From Phoronis australis (lineage: Eukaryota; Animalia; Phoronida), in assembly GCA_002633005.1 (NCBI GenBank), contig NMRA01000222.1, positions 62,001-126,000 on the forward strand: a stretch of 64,000 bases of DNA, given 5' to 3'. Under the pieces are notes generated by a model. That model was not told where the DNA came from. It saw nothing but the letters and a program-made list of their open reading frames with translations, and did not search any database. Shown in pieces: positions 51,156 through 64,000 of this stretch; position 1 is the first letter of the stretch; the number at the start of each line of letters is the position of its first letter. Position numbers and translations under genes: made by a program.

Positions 51156-52598
51156 ACGTATTCGCCGTAATAACCGTCCATGCCCCTATAAGCGCCCCCC
51201 CACGCGTTTTCAGACTTTGCTGAAATAAGCGCCCAGTGCATGAACGTGTACATGCGAACAATGACCGTACCTACAGTCCTAAAACTCGGCTACAGTAATG
51301 TCTTCAATTTATCAAGAAAATTTTGCACGGGTCTTCTAGACCACCAGCGACACTGCTACGTTTGTATTTAGCCATGACTATGGCACTTCAAAGTAACGCA
51401 ACGCTTCCTAAAAAAACTCAACAGCGTTGCTACTTTCGCGACGACCATGTTCCACTATGGTCTGACCTTTCAGTACAGACACATCGACTGTCTCGTGAAT
51501 AACTCGGTGTTAAACGCACGTGGCCAGGAAGCGCGCGCTACATTATATGAATCTGTCATCAAAGACATTTTGAGTCGGGAACTATCCATTCGTGAAACGG
51601 GTAGCATAGCATCGATAAGAAATGAATATTGGCACTAATTTCCGACAATTTCTAATACTATAAAACACGTTTGCGTTATTTTTGAGATGGATTGTTTGAT
51701 TAACCGTAATTGGGGTTTTTTAAGCCGCATATCCGATAAAATGACAACCGACAGTGAATGCTTACACACCCTTACACCGAAAAATAACTGTCAGATAGTT
51801 ACTTACGCATCCAGCTACACGGAGACTAATATGGGCCTTACCGAGACAAATGTCGAACGTTTTTAGCACATGAGACCGGCAAGTGCTGAATGAAACACGC
51901 TCTGGTTTATGCCTACTGCTTGTGCAAATTTCATTTCTTTAGACACAGTGCACATCTAGCTCGTTATATTGCGTGGCTCTGGCCAAGAGAAAACACGGTC
52001 TCTGCTTTGGCAAATGAACTCTGGTGACACACACGCGCTCGCTTACTCACAAACGCAGACGAACTTCAAAACAAACGTCACGTGACAACAACATGTGTGT
52101 TCGTCCAGACATTTTTCTCGCTGTGTTGCCGATCAAACATGTAGATGGCACGATGTTGCACAGATTTGTACTTAAACCTGCCGTTAATCCACTGAGACTC
52201 CACGGGAACTTAAAAAAATCTTAGGGACGCTACTAATAAAACTTAATGAAGATTTCAGGTAATTTGCTTGAGTCGAAAAAATTTTTATTCAAGCATTGAC
52301 GTCGCCATATCGAAGACGGCGATTTCGAGGCAGTCAGTCGACGAGTTTTCGCCCTGGGATTTCAGCACAATTTCTGTAAAATGATCGTAATTTAGCAGCA
52401 AAGTTTGATAGCAATGCACCAGTTTTGTTGAAAGTCTTTCATAGATTACAGATACGTCACAGAGAGTAAATTTGATGAATCTTAGCTTCCGATTTCACCC
52501 GTTTCGGTGACCGGGTTTCAACCGCCTTGGGTTATAATAAGCGCCCCCCTGAACCGAACTTTTCTAAGCGCCCTGGGCGGTTATTACGGCGAATACGG
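51156..52598. mobile_element. Non-autonomous Tc1/mariner (Tc2/pogo-like) element, TA TSD, in the last RANGAP1 coding intron
   Basis: TA|acgtattcgccgtaataaccgtcca ... tgggcggttattacggcgaatacgg|TA; subterminal taagcgccc repeats at both ends. Confidence 0.85.
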
Positions 52599-52977
52599 TA
52601 ATCAACAAGTTGAGACCAAACAGTTATGGTGTCAACTATGTGTTTTATTTGACGGGAGGCAGGAACGTAGCAGCCTCCACATCCAGTTAGCAGGAAGCTC
52701 GTTTTAACGCCATCTGGATCGGGTATTTCATTCACAATCATTGGCTTGAGCTATTTTTCAAGCAAGAAGTTATGCCTCCAAAAGCCGTCAAAAGTTTTTA
52801 CTTTTTGCTTATTGTTTGTAAAATTTCTTTATATTAAACAATTCTCAAAATTGCAATCGGGAGTGGCCATAACATCAATCAAACAACAAGATGAGATTTG
52901 GTAGTTTTGATTCTAAAACTAAAACCTAACTAACACTGAACGTATCACTATCTCCAAAGAGAATTCCAATCACTTAC

Positions 52978-53099
52978 TGGCTTAAAAATGTCTGCAAGAT
53001 GTCTCTTGCTTTTGGAGGGAAATATTCCTGTTGCACTATGTGCTGTAGTACTCTTAGTGTACCGTTCATGTTGAACACTGGCTTAATTTTATCCTCACT
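52978..53099 (-). CDS. RANGAP1: RANGAP1 C-terminal domain exon (starts with SE of the SUMO motif)
   Basis: tgtttcag|SEDKIKPVFNMNGTLRVLQHIVQQEYFPPKARDILQTFLS|gtaagt. Confidence 0.92.
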
Positions 53100-54210
53100 C
53101 TGAAACACAACGTACAACAAACAATGGACCCATCAATAAAACTCTCCTCTATCATGGAGGTTGCATGTCAGATGTACTTTTCAAAATGTCAGGCACTGAT
53201 CAGTGAATCAACAAGGGAAGGAAAATACTAGTACATTATACCTCCATCACTGATGTTTACCTTTTGGACAAATTCTTGGTGACACCATGATTGCAAATCA
53301 AAATGCACCGTCACAAGTTAGCATTACAAAGATGAATGATATCAGTGGTGAGACAGTGACCAATACACTTGCATGGGAAGAATTGGGACAAGTGCTTGAC
53401 AAAAGTGTTGCATACCTTCTAATGAGAGTGGTGCTGTGCCATTTCAGGACAGGCCTACCACCACAATCCTGCCCAAGTACTGGCAAGAAGGCCAAAAGTA
53501 CACTACGATAAATAATTTTTGTCAAAAGGGAGGATCGCTTTTTGGAAAATCCAAGCTCAAAATCAGAAATAAAGCTTAAGAACAGTTAGAAACAAGGAAC
53601 AATTTTGATTAAAACTCAGACTTGAGTAGCAAAATCTCAGAGGATTTAGAACACACTAAAGTTGCACTTTTGCGATTTTCACAGAAAAACACCAAATACT
53701 TATATTGTCATAAGTGTTGGTCTCCACATCACTGGAAATTTCTCAAAGCACATCCATGCAGAACAGAAGCCCACCCATGTGCACTTTTGGGAAATGGGTC
53801 CTTCAGGACATTAACAGTACAATCAATTTCCAAAAAGCTATGACCCCAAAATAATTCTCAACAAGCTTCATGGGTGCTGTCCCTATGCACGACCAGATCT
53901 TTCTAAACTGCTCAAAGCATTCCTAGTTAATACAACCACTTCAAGTATGATTTTTCCAGAAATGGAAGTTATGGAGCAGGCCACTATAAGGGATTGCCAA
54001 CACCCGCGGCTGTTTCCAAACAAAAAGATGTCAGATATTTTTTTTAAATCATGAAATTTAAAAGCAAAATATTTTTTTTTGGAAGTTCTATGATTTAAAC
54101 TACATCTTTTCTAATATTTCATTCGTAAAACCAACAAAGGTAGACAAACTTCAACGATTTTTTGTGAAAACTGCTGAAGCAGGCTTTGGTGATTTAAGAG
54201 GTGATGCTAC

Positions 54211-54302
54211 CTTGATCAAGCCAAGATGTACAAGAATACTATTAGCCAGCTGCGACCCCAGGTTATCATCATCGCCTCGACACAACTCTGCCAGCAGTAG
54301 AT
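54211..54302 (-). CDS. RANGAP1: RANGAP1 C-terminal domain exon (ends in the SUMO-acceptor Lys)
   Basis: cattgcag|(D)LLLAELCRGDDDNLGSQLANSILVHLGLIK|gtagca; compare vertebrate LLVHMGLLKSE. Confidence 0.92.
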
Positions 54303-54699
54303 CTGCAATGATACAATGTATTGGACAGTCTTGTTATTCAACAAAACAAGATCCAGCAAGTGCATTGGATTCGCTTCAGATAGTATGCACATAATCTTAG
54401 ATACATCGGCGGATCAAAAATGGCTGACGTCAAGGTAAAAAAAAAACAATAATGAAGTAGCCAGTATCACCTCAATAATAAAACAACAGACCCTGGGATA
54501 GCAATATGTTGTTCAAACATCAAGACAATCGCAAAAAATTAGGTGTGTCGTGCCAATGTCAAGAAAGCATTAGACCCCCTGTTGTTCTTGTACCCTGAGA
54601 CAACTTGCAAGCCTGGGACGGTCCAAGTGTCGGACCTTAGTCAACAGAAAATCTTGAATGCTAAGTTGCAGCAAAAACTGAACGACAACTTGTGCATAC

Positions 54700-54805
54700 C
54701 TGAGCAGGAAAAAGCTGCTTCTTGTAATTTGGAGTCATCTGCTGGGATCACATTTAGCACTTTGAACAGAATTCTGCACACTTCCTCAACATTGGTAATG
54801 TTTGT
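54700..54805 (-). CDS. RANGAP1: RANGAP1 C-terminal domain exon
   Basis: tcttgcag|TNITNVEEVCRILFKVLNVIPADDSKLQEAAFSCS G|gtatgc; phases 0/1. Confidence 0.88.
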
Positions 54806-55243
54806 CTGCAAGACCCACAAACAGGACATAAGCAATGAGTTTCAAGACGAAGGTCAAAGTAGAACATTTTAACTGCTACTAAACTATGCAGTCCATAGTC
54901 TATCGAGAGTTGTCATTTTTGGAAAGTGAAATGAAATGCAGAATCTAATCAACACAGATCATTTGCAGCAAAGACTCTCCAGTGTTTGCTAAAGATTCGC
55001 TAAAGGTGATGAAACACGATCATAAGTAGACACCCAAGCCTTAGCGCCTTCGTGCTTTGTCGAGACAGTAGACATTTGACCAAAATCCTACACATACTAT
55101 GTATTACACCCCTTACATGGGTCAACAAAACAGTAAATAAACTTACAAGTCTCTCATAATCAGTGAATTGTATTGCTAATTAAACAACACGAAACGACGT
55201 TTTCCTTTCTCTAATCAATGCCAGCTACCCGCAACGAGCTTAC

Positions 55244-55336
55244 CCCCAGTTCAGACACCAGGCATTTTCCCCTGTCCTTTCCAAGACTCAAGAACCCTGT
55301 CGCTGAAGGATCTTCCAGGAACTCTTCAACCGTGAT
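55244..55336 (-). CDS. RANGAP1: RANGAP1 C-terminal domain, first exon seen
   Basis: tgtcctcag|ITVEEFLEDPSATGFLSLGKDRGKCLVSELG|gtaagc; compare vertebrate DVSTFLAFPSPEKLLRLG. Confidence 0.85.
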
Positions 55337-58300
55337 CTGAGGACAGAACAAGCACTCTAACACTTCAAAGCCTCAAGGTTGTTGTTGACATTAAAAACCA
55401 CATTCAACTTCGAATCAGATGGCTTTCATTTCAGCAAAAAAAAACTTTTGATTGAAACTACTTACCACAAATGCCATAAAATTGATATCATTTGTTCCTC
55501 ACTTGGATAAGAAGTGGTTTCTTGGCTTGAAATGAAAAAATACTTTTAGAGCATGCTTGACACATAAAAGACTTGCTGTGACAAGCCACTTTGTAGAGCC
55601 AGTTCTTTCCGAGCTTAATAATCAACTATAATTTGATTAAAGAACAATATGATATCAAGTTCAGTAATGTAAACGGTCTCAATCAAGTCTGTTCTTGCCA
55701 CGGAAGGGAGGTTTATAGTGGTTTTAAGGTAGAAAAAATTGCACCTTTCATGAGTGGACTTGGTTAAGTCCACAACAAACATTACCAAGTACACAAACTT
55801 ACACTGTACAGCAAACCTCACCCCTTGTAATGGTCAAACAAAATCACTCAGAAGTACAAAATGAGTTACGAAACTTCTTACTAGTGTGGATATCGACCGA
55901 AATTTGGATACTTGTGGATATGGCTGCAATATTTTAGGAAGACCTAGTTTTTTGTTAATGTACAGCGAGTTAACGATCGTGATTCTTACAATATACACTA
56001 CATCGATGATTCTACATGCTGACGAAGAAGGAGGGGTATAAGGAGTCATGACCCCTCGATCATTTGCTGCAGCAATTTGCGAAGCTGGCCTATTTCATCT
56101 TTTCGTCTCCGTGATGGATACCTCCGGCCTAGAGGATAGATCCAACAAATGCAGCTACATCACATCTACCACAGCTACTGTAGCCAATATGGTGCAAGAC
56201 CTTTTGCAAGCGAACTACACTAACAGATTATCTATCATGCGTTTCAAGGTTATGTAAAAGCCTAGAAAAATGTCCAAATTTGGCCCACTTCGGAGCGTCA
56301 TATCTCAAAAATGGCCGACAGTATTCATATCAAACTTCCACATACTATGCTTCACGCACTGTTCGTCAAAACCCCGTCTAGAAGTGTTTTTAAAATGTCC
56401 AACTTTTGCATGAGGGGAAATCAAAAAATTGAAATGACGTTTTTTGCATTCCATTTTGAACATTTACATTATCCAAAATTTTGTCACGTTCTTAATACCA
56501 CTATGATAAATTCTAATATCACTGTATTAATTCCTTTTTTAACTACAAAGACATGGTTACATGAACAAATTAATGTCAGATTGGTGAAAAGTCAAAAGTC
56601 AAATTCTACAGGCTTTTAACTTTCAGAAGATGTATAGTTTACAGCCAGGGTTAAAATCTACACTAATATGACAGTCAAAAAGGTCCTGCATAACCGTTAA
56701 TTATTTATTGAAACCATTATCATACACAGCCACATTACAAAAAATCTGAGCTGGAGAAGCAAACTGTTGCATGCAGCATTGTATTCGGGATATCAAACCT
56801 TCGAGTCTATTCTTACATTTGTATGTTATGCCAAGCCATTGGCACACTATGCACAATTCATACGACGAGTTGATCAATACAAAATGACAATGTGGGTGAA
56901 GCTGAACCTTGTTACAAGGTATATAAAGGGACCTTCGAATATGTGAGTTTATTTTTGCAACCAAGGTAGACTATCAGTTTCATAGATTACGTAAAAATAA
57001 GACAGTATGTAATATCACCGTTGACACTCCTAAGTGAGCTAGACTGTAATGTTTGACTGGAGTTGTTTCCTGTCGCTACACTTTTATGCTCGGCAACAAC
57101 ATCAGGAGTTGTGGTAAACTATTTCAAGGCAATAATGATGTAAAAGGAAAAACTATTTGTTTTTAGCATTCAGTGGTGTTGTATTGTTAAGTTTGTTTCC
57201 GTAAATCCCCAGCTGTCCATTGTTTAATCACATTAGGTGCTACTGTACAAAATAATATGAAGAATATTATTTTGCTAAACGTTCAGAATGTGAAATTCAC
57301 GAGGCAAGATCAACTGTTCAGAGTCATTGTTCACCACCTCGACCAACTGATCAGGAACAACTTTTTACACGGCAAGAAGCAATGGCATTCTTTTAAAGCT
57401 GTACTTTGCATGGCTTAGATGGCTAAAAAGCAAAAACTGAGAATTAAGAGTTTTATTCGGACAAAGACGGTCCCTCAATATTTGTTACCATTAAGATTCT
57501 ATTTCCGTTATGAGCAAGACTATCGAAATCATCAGAGACTTAAGAAAATGCTCCAGAATTTATTAAGGCTAGAATATTTCACAGAAATTTATTAAAAACC
57601 CCAAAACGTTGGTTAAAAACCCCACATTAACAGCTAAACGGTAGTGAAGACGAAAGTGCTCCCACACCAAGCTAGGCACAGAAGAAGCGATGGTCACAGG
57701 TGTAATACACCCAGTCACCACTACCCTGTAAAAGCCCATCCCGTTAATTAACAAACCACAAGGGTGTTCATAAAGCCTAACTTCAATGTAATTTTGTTAC
57801 TTTAGATGTATTGGGCTAATCAGGTAGTCCTAGCAAAGACTTAGTAAAATAAGAAAAGGCAAGTTCAATCACGCAAATGTAAGCCTGTCAAATGATAGGT
57901 GAAGCTGCCCTTTTGTGCCAGCGCAAACAACAAAAGGTTGTATTGAATAGGAGTCTGAACAGAACACCAATGCCTGCGGGGCAGCTGTTTGAATTATAAG
58001 GTGATTCTTGCAGTGATGTAGACAAAAGCAAGCCAATACGCCTAACAGATAATTACATTTGGCAATTTATGGCACTAGTGGGCTCAGAGCGATGCTCTTA
58101 ACATATTGTAGGAACCAAATTTACAGGTGTTAGCGTTGATAGGTTTTAAAGCGGGTGCTCCCGAGCACTTGCTTCATGAACAACATTTAGCAAGGGAGCG
58201 CTCACGATCACTCTCAATAGGCGATTTGCTTAGAAATCCAGGTGGCATCGGACATTTCCATAGAGTTTCTAGGTGATTACCATGATCAAGTATATACAAG

Positions 58301-58685
58301 ATTGGTGGAGGTAATTGAAAATTTGCTACAGAAATAATTTAATGGTGTAAGCTTGTCTTATATTAATTATTAAAAACTTTCTTTGTTTTCTGAAGCGAGT
58401 GGACTCTCATCCTTCAATATCAAGCTCTCACTTAAAAGGGGACTGTAGTCAAAATAATGTTGCAGTTAATCGGTTCTAACATACAAATAAAACTCACATT
58501 TGCCTGACTTGCGTGCCAAACAAAAGCCAATTCGTATTCATGGTCAAAACACTGAATTCTGAAAGCGATCGCTGATTGGCTGATGTGTCAGTGACGTGAA
58601 CGGCGGGGTATCGGCTGCTTTGCACATTCATTGCTTATGTCATATTTGAAGAGTTTACATCGTAATTTATCATTGTATCAATCGT

Positions 58686-59314
58686 NNNNNNNNNNNNNNN
58701 NNNNNNNNNNNNNNNNNNNNNNNNNNNNNNNNNNNNNNNNNNNNNNNNNNNNNNNNNNNNNNNNNNNNNNNNNNNNNNNNNNNNNNNNNNNNNNNNNNNN
58801 NNNNNNNNNNNNNNNNNNNNNNNNNNNNNNNNNNNNNNNNNNNNNNNNNNNNNNNNNNNNNNNNNNNNNNNNNNNNNNNNNNNNNNNNNNNNNNNNNNNN
58901 NNNNNNNNNNNNNNNNNNNNNNNNNNNNNNNNNNNNNNNNNNNNNNNNNNNNNNNNNNNNNNNNNNNNNNNNNNNNNNNNNNNNNNNNNNNNNNNNNNNN
59001 NNNNNNNNNNNNNNNNNNNNNNNNNNNNNNNNNNNNNNNNNNNNNNNNNNNNNNNNNNNNNNNNNNNNNNNNNNNNNNNNNNNNNNNNNNNNNNNNNNNN
59101 NNNNNNNNNNNNNNNNNNNNNNNNNNNNNNNNNNNNNNNNNNNNNNNNNNNNNNNNNNNNNNNNNNNNNNNNNNNNNNNNNNNNNNNNNNNNNNNNNNNN
59201 NNNNNNNNNNNNNNNNNNNNNNNNNNNNNNNNNNNNNNNNNNNNNNNNNNNNNNNNNNNNNNNNNNNNNNNNNNNNNNNNNNNNNNNNNNNNNNNNNNNN
59301 NNNNNNNNNNNNNN
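58686..59314. other. Assembly gap (629 N)
   Basis: Run of n. Confidence 1.
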
Positions 59315-59317
59315 TAC

Positions 59318-59423
59318 CTGAGCAGGAAAAAGCTGCTTCTTGTAATTTGGAGTCATCTGCTGGGATCACATTTAGCACTTTGAACAGAATTCTGCACACT
59401 TCCTCAACATTGGTAATGTTTGT
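59318..59423 (-). CDS. RANGAP1: Duplicate/allelic copy of RANGAP1 exon 54700-54805
   Basis: Same translation and splice sites. Confidence 0.75.
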
Positions 59424-59860
59424 CTGCAAGACCCACAAACAGGACATAAGCAATGAGTTTCAAGACGAAGGTCAAAGTAGAACATTTTAACTGCTACTAA
59501 ACTATGCAATCCGTAGTCTATCGCGAGTTGTCATTTTTGGAAAGTGAAATGAAATGCAGAATCTAATCAACACAGATCATTTGCAGCAAAGACTCTCCAG
59601 TGTTTGCTAAAGATTCGCTAAAGGTGATGAAACACGATCATAAGTAGACACCCAAGCCTTAGCGCCTTCGTGCTTTGTCGAGACAGTAGACATTTGACCA
59701 AAACCCTACACATACACAATGTATTACACCCCTTACATGGGTCAACAAAACAGTAAATAAACTTACAACAAGTCTCTCATAAGTGAATTGTATTGCTAAT
59801 TAAACAACACGAAACGTTTTCCTTTCTCTAATCAATGCCAGCTACCCGCAAAGAGCTTAC

Positions 59861-59953
59861 CCCCAGTTCAGACACCAGGCATTTTCCCCTTTCCTTTCCA
59901 AGACTCAAGAACCCTGTCGCTGAAGGATTTTCCAGGAACTCTTCAACCGTGAT
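59861..59953 (-). CDS. RANGAP1: Duplicate/allelic copy of RANGAP1 exon 55244-55336
   Basis: ITVEEFLENPSATGFLSLGKERGKCLVSELG (D>N and D>E versus the first copy), splice sites intact. Confidence 0.75.
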
Positions 59954-60402
59954 CTGAAGACAGAACAAGCACTCTCACACTTCAAAGCTTCAAGGTTGTT
60001 GTTGACATTAAAAACCACTTCAGATGGCTTTAAATCCATTTCAGCAAAAAAAAACCTTTTGATTGAAACTACTTACCACAAATGCCATAAAATTGATCTC
60101 AATTGTTCCTCACTTGGATAAGAAGTGGTTTCTTGGCTTGAAATGACAAAATACTTTTAGACCATGCTTGACACATAAAAGACTTGCTGTGACAAGCCAC
60201 TTAGTAGAGCCAGTTCTTTCCAAGCTTAATAATCAACTATAATTTGATTAAAGAACAATTTGATACCAAGTTCAGTAATGTAAGTGGTCTCAATCAAGTC
60301 TGTTCTTGCCACGGAAGGAAGGTTTATAGTGGTTTTAAGGTAGAAAAAATTGCACCTTTCATGAGTGGACTTGGTTAAGTCCACAACAAACATTACCAAG
60401 TA

Positions 60403-61570
60403 CGGTAAAGTCGCGTGATTTTCGGACGACCCGCCATTTTCGACCAAGGATAAATATTTCCGAAATGAGTTTTTCATAGTCCACGAAATTCGTACAAGGT
60501 CCAAAAACTGTTTTTCAAAGATCCTCGAATTTCGGACATTGTCATAAACGCCGAATTTTGTCCGCGACTTTCGGACAAGGAAAATTTTAGAAACGCTAAT
60601 TTGGGATCGACGCAACTCCCGTGTCACGAAAGCGTTCAACGGATCTCTACAAGGCTTGAATCCGAGAATCGGCGTAATGGGCTTTGACGGTAATTTTTAC
60701 CTTGTCTTGACGATGTCACAGCCGTTACTCGATTGTCTTGCGTTTAGCTTGTGTTTGGCGCTTTAGCTAGTAAAAAAGAATCACCGAGTCCCGTATGACG
60801 AAAATTTCTGATGAAAATACAAATAGGAAATACACCGAAGGCTGCAACTTTTCGTTGTAGCGTAACATGTGCTCTGGTTTAATTAGACCGTGCTGTTTGA
60901 CCTCCGACTGTGACATTGAACTTGCACGCCTGACATCAACTTGCGTTTTTACGAAACGTTATTATTTTTAAAAGTCCTGCCGTTTGCAAATGCCCTTGTC
61001 AGTGGCTAAAATCTCCCGACGACGTGTCCGGATTTTATCCTTGACGCGATGAGAAATATTTTTTGTTTAGGCCCCCATACAGAATAAGCTACAGGCAAGT
61101 CTGTCCGTGGGATATCGAGCGTTCAAAGTAGTGTAGATAGTGAACAGCAGCAGCCGAATGAGACGGAGCCAAAGTAAAGCTGGTTACAAAACAAACATAA
61201 TTAAGTCGTACACCGCGTGAGCCCAACCGACGGAGGCTGCGTCGTGCACGGAAGGTTTTCATGCTTCCGTTCCTCGATCTTCAGTCGATTAATTATCGTT
61301 GGACAATAAGTTATGCTGCCACTTACCTGCATCCCGGCGAATGATTGAAATTTCGTGCAGCCGCTCTGGGCTTTTAATAATTTTGAATGGGACAGTTAGC
61401 AAGGAAATAATGTACACTCACGAAATTCGGACACTAGCGCGGAAATCCAAATTAGTGGAGGTCCGCCAAATTTGGACACCACAAAAATGGTGTTTCACGA
61501 GATTTGTCCAAGAATGAATTTTTTCTATTGGAATTAATTTTCAGTGTCCGAAAATCACGCGACTTTACCG
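60403..61570. mobile_element. Young non-autonomous Tc1/mariner-type element, 25-bp perfect TIR, TA TSD
   Basis: TA|cggtaaagtcgcgtgattttcggac ... gtccgaaaatcacgcgactttaccg|TA; subterminal ttcggaca-like repeats; empty site at 55790-55791. Confidence 0.93.
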
Positions 61571-64000
61571 TAAACAACTCACACTGTACAGCAAACCTCA
61601 GCCCTTGTAATGGTCAAACAAAATCACTCAGAAGTACAAAATGAGTTACGAAACTTCTTACTAGTGTGGATATTGACCGACTTGTGGATATGGCAATATT
61701 TTAGGAAGACCTAGTTTTTTGTTAATGTACAGCGAGTTAACGATCGTGATTCTTACAATATACACTACATCGATGATTCTACATGCTGACGAAGAAGGAG
61801 GGGTATAAGGAGTCATGACCCCTTGATCACTTGCTGCAGCAATTTGCGAAGCTGGCCTATTTCATCTTTCCGTCTCCGTGATGGATACCTCCGGCCTAGA
61901 GGATTGTTCCAACAAATGCAACTACATCACACCTACCACAGCTACTGTAACCAACATGGTGCAAGACCTTTTGAAAGCGAACTACACTAACAGATTATCT
62001 ATCATGCGTTTCAAAGTTATGTAGAAGCCTAGAAAAATGTCCAAATTTGGCCAACTTCGGAACGTCACATCTCAAAAATGGCCGACAGTATTCATATCAA
62101 ACTTCCATATAACATGCTTCACGCACTGTTCGTCAAAACCCTCTCTAGAAGTGTTTTTAAAATGTCCAACTTTTGCATGGGGGGATATCAAAAAGTTGTA
62201 ATGACGTTTTTAGCATTCCATTTTGAACATTTACATTAACCAATTTTTTGTCACATTGTAATACCGCTATAATAAATTCTACTATCACTGTACTAATTCT
62301 TTTTTTAACTAAAAAGACATGGTTACATGACAAAATTAATGTCAGATTGGTGAAAAGTCAAAAGTCAAACTCTACAGGCTTTTAACTTTCAGAAAATGTA
62401 TAGTTTACAGCCAGGGTTAAAATCTACACTAATATGACAGTCAAAAAGGTCCTGCATAACCGTTAATTATTTATTGAAACCATTATCATACACAGCCACA
62501 TTACAAAAAATCTGAGCTGGAGAAGCAAACTGTTGCATGCAGCATTGTATTCGCGATATCAAACCTTTGAGTCCATTCTTACATTTGTATGTTACGCGGA
62601 GCCATTGGCACACTATGCACAATTCATACGACGGGTTGATCGATACAAAATGACAATGTGGGTGAAGTTGAACCTTGTTACAAGGTATATAAAGGGACCT
62701 TCGAATATGCGAGTTTATTTTTGCAACCAAGGTAGACTTTCAGTTTCATAGATTACGTAAAAACAAGACAGTATGTAATATCACCGTTGACACTCCTAAG
62801 TGAGCTAAACTGTAATGTTTGACTGGAGTTGTTTCCCGTCGCTACACTTTTATGCTCGGCAACAAGATCAGGAGTTGTGGTTAACTATTTCACGGCAATA
62901 ATGACATCAAAGGAAAAACTGTTTGTTTTTAGCATTCAGTGGTGTTGTATTGTTAAGTTTGTTTCCGTAAATCCCCAGCTGTCCATTGTTCAATCACATT
63001 AGGTGCTACTGTACAAAATAATATGAAGAATATTATTTTGCTTAACGTTCAGAATGTGAAATTCACGAGGCAAGATCAACTGTTCAGAGTCATTGTTCAC
63101 CACCTCGACCAACTGATCAGGAACAACTTTGTACATGCCAAGAAGCAATGGCATTCTTTTAAAGCTGTACTTTGCATGGTTTAGATGGCTAAAAAGCAAA
63201 AATTGAGAATTAGGCCTTTCATTCGGACAAAGACGGTCTCTCAATATTTGTTACCATGATAAGATTCTATTTCCGTTATGAGCAAGACTATCAAAACCAT
63301 CAGAGACTTAAGAAAATGCACCAGAATTTATTAAGGTTAGAACATATCACAGAAATTTATTAAAAACCTCAAAACATTGGTTAAAAGCCCACATAAACAG
63401 CTAAACAGTAGTGAAGACGAAAGTAACTCTCCCTCACCAAGCTAGGCATAGAAGAAGCGATGGTCACAGGTGCAATACGCCCAGTCACCACTACCCTGTA
63501 AAAGCCCATCCTGTTAATTAACAAACCACAAGGGTGTTCATAAAGCCAACCTTGAATGTAATTTTGTTACTTTAGATGTATTGGGCTAATCAGGTAGTCC
63601 TAGCAAAGCCTTAGTAAAATAAGAAAACCCAAGTTCAATCATGCAAATGTAAGCCTGTCAAATTATAGGTGAAGCTGCCCTTTTGTGCCAGCGCAAACAA
63701 CAAAAGGTTGTATTGAATAGGAGTCTGAACAGAACACCAATGCCTGTGGGGCAGCTGTTTGAATTATAAGGTGATTCTTGCAGTGATGTAGACAAAAGCA
63801 AGCCAACACGCCTAACAGATCATTACATTTGTCAATTTATGGCACTAGTGGGCTCAGATCGATGCTCTTAACATATTGTAGGAACCAAATTTACAGGTGT
63901 TAGCGTTGATAGGTTTTAAAGCGGGTGCTCCCGAGCACTTGCTTCATGAACAACATTTAGCAAGGAAGCGCTCACGATCACTCTCAACAGGCGGTTTGCT

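Larger units (their letters stand above)
59315..64000 (+). repeat. Second copy of 54697-58230 (probable uncollapsed haplotype), with an extra 1168-bp MITE
   Basis: Colinear, a few percent substitutions and small indels by eye; begins exactly at the gap edge. Confidence 0.95.

Noticed and set aside
55244-55336. ITVEEFLEDPS resembles the N-terminus of Gmr1-type gag
   Set aside because: It splices in phase to four exons that clearly encode the RanGAP1 C-terminal domain
56701-57420. ORFs shared by both copies (87 aa at 56701/62467; 81 aa at 62999)
   Set aside because: Sharing reflects near-identical duplicated DNA; the 81-aa frame has stops in the first copy and neither resembles RanGAP1 LRRs
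58631-59453. Long ORFs (228-272 aa) in the ORF track
   Set aside because: They are read through the N gap; only the RANGAP1 exon copy inside them is meaningful

Overview
Eukaryotic, AT-rich, intron-rich animal genomic DNA. The exon/intron style, MITE load and allelic-level divergence suggest a marine invertebrate, possibly a deuterostome (inference). The left ~33 kb is a repeat-rich accessory region. It holds a decayed Gmr1-type Ty3/gypsy retrotransposon (integrase before RT), a pogo-like relic, many MITEs and palindromes, a tRNA-derived head in a duplicated 870-bp repeat, old local duplications and a possible CARD-like spliced gene fragment. The right half carries three genes reconstructed by hand. 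(1) A complete AMDHD2/NagA (GlcNAc-6-P deacetylase, 413 aa, minus strand) with two tandem, frame-incompatible 89-nt versions of the exon that carries both metal-binding histidines; this is the best novel candidate. (2) A small unassigned two-exon coiled-coil gene, head-to-head with AMDHD2. (3) The five 3' exons of RanGAP1 (C-terminal SUMO domain, IK|SE). The last 4.7 kb repeats 54697-58230 across an N gap (probably an uncollapsed haplotype) and reveals a presence/absence Tc1/mariner MITE. All assignments come from manual reading and recalled family motifs; no searches were run.
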